DNA of 53,416 bases from an uncultured Candidatus Sumerlaeota bacterium (GTDB lineage Bacteria; CAYMEV01): assembly GCA_964389675.1 (NCBI GenBank), contig CAYMEV010000024.1:1-53416 (forward strand). The letters run 5' to 3'. This document shows positions 39,913 through 50,221 of this stretch, piece after piece; the first letter of the stretch is position 1, and each line of letters begins with the position of its first letter. Under the pieces are notes generated by a model. The model saw nothing but the letters and a program-made list of their open reading frames with translations, did not search any database and had not been told where the DNA came from. Both the position numbers and the translations under genes were made by a program.

Positions 39913-40665
39913 ATGAAAATATTAAAAGGATTATCACAGTATTTTTCTCTGAAGCTGTTAAAGACATCGCGTATTGTCTTCGGGGTGTTTATTTTTCTTG
40001 GCCTTTTATCCCCCGTCCCCCTGCTTGATGAATTGCTCTTCATAGTGCTGTTTGCTGTTTCCCATTTCCTTCTTAAGGAAAAAGAAGCTGAAATAAGGAA
40101 TGAAAACTATATGCAGGATGATAATTATCAGCTGCTGAAGGATGAGATCGAAAAGAGTATTAACAGCCTTAACAGCTATATCATCGAAAACGAACTGGAT
40201 AAATATGATGACAGCATACCCGGGCAGATCAAGGATATTGAGGATATTATCAATCAGAATTTTGAGGTGGTCAAAACCTCTACGATCAGGCTTAAACAGC
40301 TTTCCTTTAATCCGAAGCAGTATGATGAGAAACGAAAGGATATCCTAAACAGCCTTGAAGGCAATATCCCGGAAAAGGAAAGGAAATACCTGGAAGAGAC
40401 CCTGAAAAACCTTCTGGAGTATAAATCAAGTGTTTACAGGCTTATTGCAAAAAGGAGAGAGATAATAGCAGTGATTGAGAATCTGTATTACCAGATAAAG
40501 ACCCTCTATGCAAAGCTCCTTAACCAGGATGTGAGGATACAGAAGGAAGAGCCTTTCAAGAAGCTTAAAAATGAGATAGATGAGATTATTAAATCAGTTG
40601 AAGATATAGAAAAAGCAAAGAAAGAGACAGATATAATCATCAACAGCATTCATGATGTCATGTGA
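39913..40665 (+). CDS. Hypothetical membrane-anchored coiled-coil protein
   Basis: Two N-terminal hydrophobic segments followed by long charged helices, 250 aa. Confidence 0.75.
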   Translation: MKILKGLSQYFSLKLLKTSRIVFGVFIFLGLLSPVPLLDELLFIVLFAVSHFLLKEKEAEIRNENYMQDDNYQLLKDEIEKSINSLNSYIIENELDKYDDSIPGQIKDIEDIINQNFEVVKTSTIRLKQLSFNPKQYDEKRKDILNSLEGNIPEKERKYLEETLKNLLEYKSSVYRLIAKRREIIAVIENLYYQIKTLYAKLLNQDVRIQKEEPFKKLKNEIDEIIKSVEDIEKAKKETDIIINSIHDVM

Positions 40666-40680
40666 TCTAAAAGGCCTTTT

Positions 40681-43272
40681 TTAGAAAATCCACCTCAGAG
40701 GTACCCTCCAGCTTAGGGTATTTTCATTCATCAGAACCGATTCAAGTATATAGAAATATCTGGCACCGTTCTTCACATTATCTGCGAAGCTGTAACTGCA
40801 GGGCGTATTAATCGATCCGCTGGCAGGTATAAGGACTCTGTTCAGCCTTACCGGCAAATAGGAAAAACCGGGGCTTATCTTTTTTCCAACCAGCCTGTAG
40901 ATATTATAGCCCCTGATATAATACTCTGTGTTTGTCCCCCATTTTATTAAAACATTTCCCAGATAGCCGTCTGCTTTGAAATAGTCTATTTCCAGAGGCA
41001 GGATAATACTCGAAACAGCCTCATTATTCTCCGGAATTTCATCATGGGGAAGTACGCCGGAAATATAAGCCAGGATACCATATTCAGCTGTGTGATCAAA
41101 TTCTAATCCTCCCGTATCCCACTGCAATACTATGACAATGCTCCCAAGCGGGGCGATCTGGCCAAATGACTGCTCTGAAATAAAAACCGGGGTTTCATTC
41201 CCTTCAATTATGTAAAAGAGGCTTATAAGCCCGCTTTCAACTGCCTCAAGCCCGTTATTCCTTATCCTTGTGCCGATGTCTATAATATCTTCATCTTCTG
41301 CAGTCTCAAAGGCAATGTCATAGCCTGATATTGAAGCATCACTCTGTTCAGTCACGAATGGATTCAGCCTTGCGGCATATATATCCCCGTAACCGTTATA
41401 TGATGTATCCCATCCGTTTTCTACAGGCATATTGAATGAGGCACTCTGCCCGGCGATAAGTATATTATCATATTTATCGGCAGCCAGGGAAAAGCAGTAA
41501 TCCTCGCTGTTCCCGTCAAAGTAAAATTCCCATTCTAATGTGTCTCCTTCAGGGCTTATCTTAAGAAGGTCCATATTGACGACATTTTCCTGATATCTGC
41601 TGCTTATCCCGGCCAGTACAAAGTCATTTGAGTCTGTATCAAGGGCATAGCAGTAATCATCAAGATTATCGCCGATATATGACCCCCATATCATGCTGTT
41701 TCCGTTAAAGGCCAGTTTTGCCAGATAGGCATCATAATCACCGCCAAATGAATTATTCAATCCATCAGGCACCGGTATATCACCAGAAGAGGTAAAGCCT
41801 CCAATGACTGCATTATTATCAGAATCCAATGCAATGCATCTTCCATAGTCCTCATTGCTTCCCCCGATATATGTGCCCCACAATATACTTTTCCCGTCCC
41901 CGGACAGCTTTGCAGCGTATATGTCCCATTCACCGTTGAATGTATCATCATATGAATTTGGGCAGGGATTATCATCTGAATTTGTAAACCCCGTGATCAG
42001 TATATTATTCTCATTATCGAGAGCAATGGCCCTGCCCTGGTCATTACCCGACCCCCCAAGGAAACTTCCCCACAGGACAGCATTCCCTCCCGGGCTGATC
42101 TTTGCCACATAAATATCTATATCCCCGTTGCGTGTATTGTCAAAACCTCCATGCACAGGAATATCATCGGAACCTGTCCACCCTGTAATGTATATATTGT
42201 CTTCACTGTCAGTTACTATTCCAAGCCCGCTGTCCATGCCTTCCCCTCCCAGGTACGTTGCCCACAGCAAACAGTTCCCGTCAGGGTTCAGCTTACAGAT
42301 ATACATGTCAAGGGGCCCGCTGAGGCTGGAATCATATCCGTTAATTACAGGGATATCATCAGAGTCAGTGTTCCCTGAAATTATAATATTATCCTCAGAA
42401 TCAATGACTGCAGAATAGCCGTAATCATCCTGACTGCCGCCTATGAAGGTTGCCCATAAGAGGCTGTTTTCATCAGCTGTCATCTTTGCTGCATAAATAT
42501 CCCAGCTTCCGTTGAATGTTGTATCATAGCCATCAGGTGCAGGAATGTCCAGTGAGTTTGTAAATCCAATAATTACAGCATTATTTTCGGAATCCAGTCT
42601 TATAGCCTTGCACTGGTCAATAAGAGTTCCTCCTAGATAGGTTCCCCAGAGGATATTTTCCTGCATGCCTTTTGAGCCCTCAGGAATGCTCTTTTTATTC
42701 AGCTCATTATAAGTAATCTTTTTATCCCCGGATATTGAGCCTACCCTGTCAGCAGATACATCATCTCCCTGCAACTTGAACACTACATCTCTGTACCCTG
42801 TATCAAAGATCAGGTCAGCCCCCGGGTAAATTTCAGCTATCTTTATCCTGCGGTATGAAGAAACATCTGTAATCCACCGGTCACTTCCAAAACCTGTAAA
42901 AAAATTAAATTTTGTCAAAGCCTGTTCCTCTTCAATAATATTGCTGAAATCCGCCCCTGGAAACTCAATATAAACATTCTCCACATTATATGAGATATTA
43001 TCGGCATATTCCTTATCAATCCCTCTTTTCTTATAAGGTTCTTTCCCGGTAAACAGGATATACTGAAATACTATGTCATTTTTCCTGATGAGTACCCTTC
43101 TCTTTTTCATATGAGTATAGTAAAGTATTTCAGCCTCAAGCTGTCCTTCATTCTTTATCCATAATCCTGAAATACCGGTATTGCTGTATTCTTCGTCTTC
43201 CATGCAGTATAGTTCAGTACAGGCTGATAGAAGGCAAATGATAATGAGTGATAATATGAAATATTTATTCAT
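40681..43272 (-). CDS. Secreted SBBP beta-propeller repeat protein with CARDB-like and C-terminal Ig-like domains
   Basis: Signal peptide, KNEGQ N-domain, ~7 repeats of WxTYxGG...D....I.xDSxxN...GxTxSxD.P, and PHDEIPENN (CARDB). Confidence 0.85.
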   Translation of the reverse strand: MNKYFILSLIIICLLSACTELYCMEDEEYSNTGISGLWIKNEGQLEAEILYYTHMKKRRVLIRKNDIVFQYILFTGKEPYKKRGIDKEYADNISYNVENVYIEFPGADFSNIIEEEQALTKFNFFTGFGSDRWITDVSSYRRIKIAEIYPGADLIFDTGYRDVVFKLQGDDVSADRVGSISGDKKITYNELNKKSIPEGSKGMQENILWGTYLGGTLIDQCKAIRLDSENNAVIIGFTNSLDIPAPDGYDTTFNGSWDIYAAKMTADENSLLWATFIGGSQDDYGYSAVIDSEDNIIISGNTDSDDIPVINGYDSSLSGPLDMYICKLNPDGNCLLWATYLGGEGMDSGLGIVTDSEDNIYITGWTGSDDIPVHGGFDNTRNGDIDIYVAKISPGGNAVLWGSFLGGSGNDQGRAIALDNENNILITGFTNSDDNPCPNSYDDTFNGEWDIYAAKLSGDGKSILWGTYIGGSNEDYGRCIALDSDNNAVIGGFTSSGDIPVPDGLNNSFGGDYDAYLAKLAFNGNSMIWGSYIGDNLDDYCYALDTDSNDFVLAGISSRYQENVVNMDLLKISPEGDTLEWEFYFDGNSEDYCFSLAADKYDNILIAGQSASFNMPVENGWDTSYNGYGDIYAARLNPFVTEQSDASISGYDIAFETAEDEDIIDIGTRIRNNGLEAVESGLISLFYIIEGNETPVFISEQSFGQIAPLGSIVIVLQWDTGGLEFDHTAEYGILAYISGVLPHDEIPENNEAVSSIILPLEIDYFKADGYLGNVLIKWGTNTEYYIRGYNIYRLVGKKISPGFSYLPVRLNRVLIPASGSINTPCSYSFADNVKNGARYFYILESVLMNENTLSWRVPLRWIF

Positions 43273-43278
43273 ATTATT

Positions 43279-43307
43279 ATTATATCAAAGATATGTCCTG
43301 TTTTCAA
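43279..43307 (-). promoter_or_regulatory. Strong sigma70 promoter giving a leaderless mRNA
   Basis: Minus strand TTGAAA, 17-bp spacer, TATAAT with extended TG, then 6 nt to ATG 43272. No SD. Confidence 0.7.
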
Positions 43308-43632
43308 AAGAATCCTGGCCGGATATAATGATCCTGATAGCTTGGACCCCTAAATTTTGGCATGATGCTTCATGCAAAATTTACTATAAAGTCTCAACAG
43401 CTCAGCTCTTCTTGATAAAAATTGCTGCCATGAAATGAATAATAAATTTAATAGATTCTTGATATTTTGCCATATGGGCGTAAAATATCCTAATAAAGGT
43501 ATTTGATCAGGGCAGTGATTAATATTCTTCAGTCATGGTTAATAAGGATTATAATAATGTTCATCATCAATGAATATCTTCAGGATTATATGCCTGGAAT
43601 CAATGGTATTAAAATAAATTCAGGAGGTTCTT

Positions 43633-45585
43633 ATGAAAAGCACTGCAATATTAGTTTTCCTGCTTCTGTTTACAGGAGCCTTTTTCTTGCAGGCTGAACA
43701 GCTGGGAACGGTACAGGGTACCGTACGGGTTCAGCCTGATGAATTTCTTCCCGGGGCCGTTGTAACACTAAATGGGCCATCCGTAAAGATGCAGAGATAC
43801 GCCACAACAGATGATAAAGGAAATTATATATTTAAGGATGTGCCTGCAGGCAGGGACTATGTCATTACTGTCAGAATGATGGGATATCAGACTCTGGAAA
43901 AGACAGGTATTGAGGTGAGGCCAGGCCAGTCAACAAGAGTGGACATAACCCTGAATAAGGTCTCTTATGAGGGAAAACACGAAACAAATGCTGCTGCGCC
44001 AGTATTTGATTCCGCTGTAATGGCAGAAAGCCCTCCTTTAGTCAGGTCAAAGGGAAACGGGACTATTGGCCTTGCTGTAGGCGGAGCGAATGACATTGAG
44101 AATTTCAGGAAAAATATTGAGAATGATTACCTTCCAATGCCTACGGATATTACCTATGAAGGAATATACTATGATTATTATTTCGATACAGGTCAGACAA
44201 AACCATGTAACAGGCTTTTTTGCCCGTCCTACAGCATTGCTATCTCAAAAGACCCTCTTTCAAAGAAAACTGAATATTATATGCAGGTAGGCCTTAATTC
44301 AGGGATCAAAGAATCAGATTTCAAGAGAAAGAAGCTTAATCTTGTAATTGTACTTGATATTTCAGGTTCGATGGGTTCTGCATTCAACAGGTACTATTAT
44401 GATAATGCAGGAGAGAAGAAAACAAGAGAGGAAGACCCTGAATTTATCTCCATGAATAAGATGTCCATTGCAAACCATGCAGTAGCGGGCCTTTTGAAAC
44501 ATCTTAACAGTGAGGACAATTTCGGTATGGTATTATTCAATGATGCAGGATACCTTTTCATGCCCATGACAAACATGGGTGATGTAGATATAAATGAGCT
44601 TACTTCAAGGATACTGAGGATCACAAGCAGCGGCGGCACCAATATGTCACAGGGTATGGGCATGGGTATCTCGCTTTTTAAGGATCTTGTAAATGCAAAC
44701 CCGGGGGAATATGAAAACAGGATAATATTTATCACTGATGCCATGCCGAACCTGGGAGATACATCTGAGTTCAGCCTGCTTGGCATGACAAGGAGGGTAT
44801 CGAATAACAGGATATACAGCACATTTATCGGGGTCGGTGTAGATTTTAATACAAAGCTGGTAGAAGTGATAACAAAGATCAGAGGCGCTAACTACTATTC
44901 AGTGCATTCAGGCAAAAGCTTCCTGGAAAGGATGGATGATGAATTTGAATATATGGTGACCCCGCTTGTGTTTAACCTGAGCCTTGTCTTTCAGTCCAAA
45001 GGCTTTGAAATTGAAAAGGTTTACGGTTCTCCGGAGGCTGATCTATCAACAGGAGAGCTGATGAAGGTAAATACCCTCTTTCCTTCAAAAAGAGAGGGCG
45101 GAGAAACAAAGGGCGGAATAGTCATCCTGAAGCTAAAAAAGCTTTCAGAAAAAGCAGACATCAGGCTGAAAACATCCTATGAGAACAGGGAAGGCAGGAC
45201 CGATGGTGATGAACAGTCAATAGTATTTGATATTTCTGATAAGGATCACTATGACAATAACGGAATAAGAAAGGGAATACTGCTTGCAAGATATGTAAAT
45301 CTTATGAGAAACTGGATCAATGATGAAATAACAGGCTATAGCATTAAAAAGCCTGCAGTACCTTCAATTGATCGTGAGACAGGGATACTGCTTGCCCCTG
45401 ATATAGACCGTTCAGCCCTTGGCAAATGGGAGAGGCAGTCAATCCCCCTGCAGGTCAACCTGGAATATAAGTCGCTCATTGAGATCTTTTATAAATATTT
45501 TGAAAAAGAAGCAAAAGAGATCAATGATGAAAGCCTCTCCAGGGAAATGGAGATAATGAAAAAGCTTATAGAATATAAAGAATAA
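43633..45585 (+). CDS. Secreted carboxypeptidase-regulatory-like + vWA domain protein
   Basis: Signal peptide, LPGAVVTL...TTDDKGNY, MIDAS DISGSM, SGGTN and FITDAMPN. AGGAGG RBS. Confidence 0.88.
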   Translation: MKSTAILVFLLLFTGAFFLQAEQLGTVQGTVRVQPDEFLPGAVVTLNGPSVKMQRYATTDDKGNYIFKDVPAGRDYVITVRMMGYQTLEKTGIEVRPGQSTRVDITLNKVSYEGKHETNAAAPVFDSAVMAESPPLVRSKGNGTIGLAVGGANDIENFRKNIENDYLPMPTDITYEGIYYDYYFDTGQTKPCNRLFCPSYSIAISKDPLSKKTEYYMQVGLNSGIKESDFKRKKLNLVIVLDISGSMGSAFNRYYYDNAGEKKTREEDPEFISMNKMSIANHAVAGLLKHLNSEDNFGMVLFNDAGYLFMPMTNMGDVDINELTSRILRITSSGGTNMSQGMGMGISLFKDLVNANPGEYENRIIFITDAMPNLGDTSEFSLLGMTRRVSNNRIYSTFIGVGVDFNTKLVEVITKIRGANYYSVHSGKSFLERMDDEFEYMVTPLVFNLSLVFQSKGFEIEKVYGSPEADLSTGELMKVNTLFPSKREGGETKGGIVILKLKKLSEKADIRLKTSYENREGRTDGDEQSIVFDISDKDHYDNNGIRKGILLARYVNLMRNWINDEITGYSIKKPAVPSIDRETGILLAPDIDRSALGKWERQSIPLQVNLEYKSLIEIFYKYFEKEAKEINDESLSREMEIMKKLIEYKE

Positions 45586-45694
45586 GAACCTTCATTTATA
45601 TAATTAAAATATGGTTTGCCTCAGAGTATTCTATATCAGAAAACATTATCCTTATTTAAATTAGATATGATTAAAATAAAGAAAAGAGAGTATT

Positions 45695-45928
45695 ATGGGT
45701 GACTACAGGGAGGAAACAAAGGTCTCTGATACCCCCCTCCTTGCAAAAGAGGGCTGGGAAGAAATAAAGAATGTCAAACCGATAGAATGCGGGGCCTGTA
45801 AAAGCATGAATACTGTCTGCATTTACAGGTATGCAGGCGGCAGCATTATATGCGCAATGATAGAGGAGGAATTCCTCTGCAGGGACTGCGGGAAATATAC
45901 CTCGTATTATCTTGATTATGAATCATGA
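45695..45928 (+). CDS. Small zinc-ribbon protein
   Basis: 77 aa with CGAC...CRDC (2x CxxC). Confidence 0.65.
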   Translation: MGDYREETKVSDTPLLAKEGWEEIKNVKPIECGACKSMNTVCIYRYAGGSIICAMIEEEFLCRDCGKYTSYYLDYES

Positions 45929-46020
45929 CAGCTGTAAATAAAACAATCTTCTGTTCTGCGGATTCAGTCATTCAGGATTTTTATGATTTCCCTGACTTTT
46001 TCCGGATCATGAAACTGTAT

Positions 46021-46123
46021 AACATAAGCCCTGCATGTTTTTATATTAAAAATAACAATACCCTGAAAGGAAATGGATAATATACTTATTAAAAAGCCCC
46101 TATACAGCTTTATTTTTGTCTCT
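46021..46123 (+). pseudogene. Truncated duplicate of the upstream region and 5' end of the DUF6311-like gene at 50341
   Basis: ATG 46073 MDNILIKKPLYSFIFVS matches MYNTLNKKPLYSFIFVS. Exact 34-bp match 46090-46123 = 50358-50391, with colinear upstream sequence. Confidence 0.88.
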
Positions 46124-46379
46124 TTTACTTGGTTATTTTTATTGGGATGTACAACATGTATCTGTACTAGTTCCTGAATAGTCTTAATCCCACCTCAATG
46201 TATCTAGTACCAGTTTTGCCTTAAAATCATTACTGTAATTTGTTTTGCTCATAAGAATTCTCCTTTTTTTTTATTCAGGAGAAATTCACCTTGTCTATAT
46301 AAAATTTTATACAGATTTTTTATCTCATTATATTGCCTAAGGCATTTAATTGGACTTATTTGAATAGAGTCCATAATCA
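46124..46379 (-). mobile_element. IS3-family remnant (left end and degraded orfA)
   Basis: AGGAG RBS and ATG 46252 give MSKTNYSNDFKAKLVLDTLRWD/KTIQELVQIHVVHPNK/ITK*KRQ, an HTH_Tnp_1 pattern with frameshifts and a stop. The putative IR starts TGATTATGGACTCTATTCAAATAAGTCCA at 46379. Confidence 0.78.
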
Positions 46380-46421
46380 GCCTTTTCTTCCAGTCTGTAA
46401 TAAGACCAATAAGAAGTCTAA

Positions 46422-49337
46422 CTAAGGCCCAAAATGAAGCTTCATATCCTTCAGCATACAGCTCTGTAGTGTTTCTCCAGTATTTGCATCAATAATCATG
46501 ATAAATTTTTCTCCTTTTATTAGAGACATAATGAATATTCTGTCTTTGAAAAATTTAAAAAATGAGTCACTGAAACGGAATTCCTTATAATCTTCATAAT
46601 CTTCTGTTTTCTTTTCCCATATGACTGTCCCTGTTTTCAAATCTATTTCCTTCAAAGAACCATAAAAGCCGCCAGATTCATTGTATGCGTCTAACATGTA
46701 TATTTTATCTGAATACAATAGAATTAGAGAAGAAGGATTTAAGCGACCGAACATCCAATAATTCCACTCTTCAATACCGTTATTAATGTTTACAGATTGT
46801 AAATAGATAAGATGTTCAATATCTTTTAATACTATTGAACCTGGATCTTTCATAGGTATTCTGCTTAAAACGTAAAGGTGGTCTTCATGGGCAATTAATT
46901 CGCCTCTTACTTCTCCCCTTGTTCTGTATTTCCATTTCCCTTTACCTGTCTTTGCATCAATGGCATAGATGTTCCAGTTCCAGCTCCCGATAAAAATAAT
47001 ATCATTATAAACTGCAGGAGTAGTGCTGATTCCCCCGTTTATGTAAAACTTCCACAGTATTTCTCCCTCAAAGCGGTCTATTGCATAAACATATCCTTTA
47101 TCTGTACCAAAATACAGGATATCATTATAGATTAGTGGTTTTGAAAGAACATTTCCGATTATCTCAACTTCCCAGATTTCTTCTCCATCTTCTGAACCTA
47201 ATGCAATAAAGATATTATAAGAATCCTTCAAATTATCCGGTACATCAAACAGATCATCAAGTATATAGCAGCTTCCGATGTATATATTATCTTCATATAC
47301 CAATGGGGGAGAGTTTAATATTTTTTGACCAAGGTTATACTTCCATAATAACATTCCTGTTTGAATATCAAAAGCATAATATGAATTGGATATCAGCTGT
47401 CTTTCAGAGTATTTTTTACTAACCCCAGAAGGAGTAGGAACCTTTTGTGAAATGAGAACACTCTCATCGGATATCTCCTCTCTTTCTATTTTTCTTAATA
47501 TACCAGCCTCAATAAATAATTTATTTGAGTGAGTTGCAGAGGACCTTCTAAAGATTGTAAGAGGCGCAGTTTCATGCATATCATATGTTCCTGAGTATAT
47601 TTCTTCTTTTGATTGAATATCATATGCCACAATGTGAAATTCTGCGGTATATAGATTGGTATCTAAATATGAGTTCTCTTCCTTTTGCATATTATCTTTA
47701 TCTTTAGCGATAAGGTCATAAAGCACTATTATATTCTCTGACATCATGGGGTATGATATAGACCAATCCCTTGGGCGAGGCTGCCAGCGATATTCATCCT
47801 GCATACTCTGCATAGCATATAGAGCTGTATGGCAGCCATCTTTATCATATATTTCTGCTCCATAATACATTGCCTCATCGTATATTGCAACTGGTGAGTG
47901 AAGTCCTCCAACTCCGTATGCGTAGATATTTCCGCGTCTATTATCTTGAGGATAGTGTCTGTCCACATTTTCAGAAATGCCAAATATTTTTCCTATACCT
48001 CTGTAAAAGAAGTGTTCACCAGATCTCAAGTAATAGGGGTATTCATGAGATTCCCGCCAATCATTTGCAATAGATAATAAATGGATCATATCCCCTGATA
48101 TGATTAGCTGTTTGCTGGGTACTTCTGAGTTTAAAGCTTCTTGTGTTTCTAGTACATCATCTAATATATACCATGCAGGCGTATCAGCAGGTATTTTCCA
48201 TGATGAAATTCTATGTTTCCACGCTTCTTTGCCATTTCTTGCAATGAAGGAATATAAATATTTGTAACGATAATTTTTGTCTTTATCACCAATAATGACA
48301 CCGGAAAAATAAACCATGCCTTTACTTGCAGCACATTGTGAAGCCTCACTAAAAGGTCCAGCTTTCCAGATCTCTCTGCCATTTGTAGATTTAAACGCAT
48401 GAAAGTAATATGCATCAAGAAACACAATCCCTTCATATATTACCGGTGAATTTCTGGTAGGTAATCCCATATCAATTTTCCAGGATAGATTTCCTTCTGT
48501 ATTTATGGCATATAGATAGCCTTTCTGGCAGTTAATGAAAACCTTGTCCTCATAAATAGCCGGGGTAGTAGTTATTTCTCCTTGTGTCTCATATTTCCAG
48601 GCCGTATTGCCTGTTTTAGCATTCAATTTATATAAATGCCTGTCTTTACTGCCTATGTATAAACAATCATTATAGACTTTAGGATTTGCTAAGTGTAATC
48701 CAGGAATCTCAGCTTTCCATATTATGCTCCCATCTTTAATATCAAGGGCATATACATAACCATAGGCAGTTCCAAAAAAAGCCATATCATCATATATTAC
48801 AGGCGAGGAAAAAATAGCAGAAGCAGGAGGGCAGGAATCAGTTTTAACATACATATCCCTCTTTTTTTCAGATGCACTGCCTATCCTGACTACCCATTTT
48901 TCCTCACAAGAATCAATATCTATTGCATAGAAATGGCCGTCATTTGTTCCAAAATAGATTATTCTGTCATATACTGCAGGTACGGAGCAGATTAGTCCTT
49001 TATGCCTTATCTTATAGACTAATTTACACACATGATATGGCCACCAAGAACCAATATGATATGTCAAATCAGATTCAATTTTTTGAATTCCCCTTATGCC
49101 ATCTCCAGGATAGACTCCTGTATTCTGGAGATCACCGCCGAACTGGGGTATGAAGTCGGGATGTTCTATACTCCATACTCCATCCTCAAGGACAGTGTGA
49201 ATATCTTCTTTTGTGGATTTTGTTTTAAATATTGCTTTTTCCGAATAACTTAAATCTACAAGCCTAAAATAATAAAATAGTAATACCAGTACTATTGCAA
49301 GAATAAGAAATAATAAAAAATACCTGCTCTTCACCAA
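46422..49337 (-). CDS. Membrane-anchored PQQ-like (BamB-type) beta-propeller repeat protein with two propeller sets
   Basis: N-terminal TM helix and many SxPxxYxxxxYFGTxxGxxYAxD...G...W repeats. Noticeably AT-rich. Confidence 0.88.
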   Translation of the reverse strand: MVKSRYFLLFLILAIVLVLLFYYFRLVDLSYSEKAIFKTKSTKEDIHTVLEDGVWSIEHPDFIPQFGGDLQNTGVYPGDGIRGIQKIESDLTYHIGSWWPYHVCKLVYKIRHKGLICSVPAVYDRIIYFGTNDGHFYAIDIDSCEEKWVVRIGSASEKKRDMYVKTDSCPPASAIFSSPVIYDDMAFFGTAYGYVYALDIKDGSIIWKAEIPGLHLANPKVYNDCLYIGSKDRHLYKLNAKTGNTAWKYETQGEITTTPAIYEDKVFINCQKGYLYAINTEGNLSWKIDMGLPTRNSPVIYEGIVFLDAYYFHAFKSTNGREIWKAGPFSEASQCAASKGMVYFSGVIIGDKDKNYRYKYLYSFIARNGKEAWKHRISSWKIPADTPAWYILDDVLETQEALNSEVPSKQLIISGDMIHLLSIANDWRESHEYPYYLRSGEHFFYRGIGKIFGISENVDRHYPQDNRRGNIYAYGVGGLHSPVAIYDEAMYYGAEIYDKDGCHTALYAMQSMQDEYRWQPRPRDWSISYPMMSENIIVLYDLIAKDKDNMQKEENSYLDTNLYTAEFHIVAYDIQSKEEIYSGTYDMHETAPLTIFRRSSATHSNKLFIEAGILRKIEREEISDESVLISQKVPTPSGVSKKYSERQLISNSYYAFDIQTGMLLWKYNLGQKILNSPPLVYEDNIYIGSCYILDDLFDVPDNLKDSYNIFIALGSEDGEEIWEVEIIGNVLSKPLIYNDILYFGTDKGYVYAIDRFEGEILWKFYINGGISTTPAVYNDIIFIGSWNWNIYAIDAKTGKGKWKYRTRGEVRGELIAHEDHLYVLSRIPMKDPGSIVLKDIEHLIYLQSVNINNGIEEWNYWMFGRLNPSSLILLYSDKIYMLDAYNESGGFYGSLKEIDLKTGTVIWEKKTEDYEDYKEFRFSDSFFKFFKDRIFIMSLIKGEKFIMIIDANTGETLQSCMLKDMKLHFGP

Positions 49338-49348
49338 AAGCCCTCTTA

Positions 49349-50221
49349 TTATAGTGTTGACATTGCTGTTATCTCACCATCACCGCTGTTCTCCCACAGG
49401 AGCTCAAGCAAGCCGCTGTCAGATCTCCATAGATAGAGATTATTCAGCTCATTATCATAAATGATCAGATCCTCATTGATGCTGTCTGTAAAATTGCCTG
49501 ATATTATCTGTTCAAAGTACGGTATGGAGGATATATGCGACCAGCCCAATCCATAAGAATATGAATAGGCAAGCTGACTGTAGCTGATTATTATCTCTGA
49601 ACCGGTATCATTGGCTATATTTCCTGTTTGCATAGAACCATCAGGGCTGACTGAAAGGATCTGTATCCAGTTTAGGCCTTTTCCTGATTGTTTATCCTTT
49701 GATGGATTATTAATATCAAAGTAAGTGTATTTATTTTCAAAAGCCATTATATCTTTGCCTTCGCCATTGAATGTCCCAAGATATATACCATATCCATCAA
49801 AACAGCATACAATTTCATCAAATGTATCTCCTGTAATATCATCTGCTGACATTACTGATGGCCATACTGATAAGATCCTTGTAAATTTATCCTCATAATA
49901 ATCATATATATAAAGTCCATAACCTGCAAAGGAAATAATCAGCTCGTCAACAGCTTCTACATCCCTGTCTATATTTGCAGATACAATCTTTTGCCCCGGA
50001 ATTGTAAGTATCCTGTTCATGGTTGATCTGCTCTCATCAATAAGAATGCAATAGATACCATAATCTGTAAATGATGCTATAACCTGATATCCATCAGGTG
50101 TCTTTGATATTGTAAATTCATTTGGATTCATGGAAATTATAAGATGCCAGCTATTGTTTATAATACTATAATACCACAGCCCATTTCCTTCAAAATCTGC
50201 AACTATTTCCAGATCCCCATT
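49349..50221 (-). pseudogene. 5'-truncated gene retaining only the C-terminal FG-GAP-like domain paralogous to the 5598 protein; may still be translated from ATG 50131
   Basis: In-frame homology continues upstream of Met 50131 (NGDLEIVADFEGNGLWYYSI vs DGNLEIVALLPGMGLYYYDI) and stops near 50221. No start codon lies before the in-frame stop at ~50282. Confidence 0.75.

Noticed and set aside
43503-43697. Short ORF with receiver-like DYMPGING motif
   Set aside because: There is no other receiver-domain feature, and it overlaps the RBS and start of the vWA gene.
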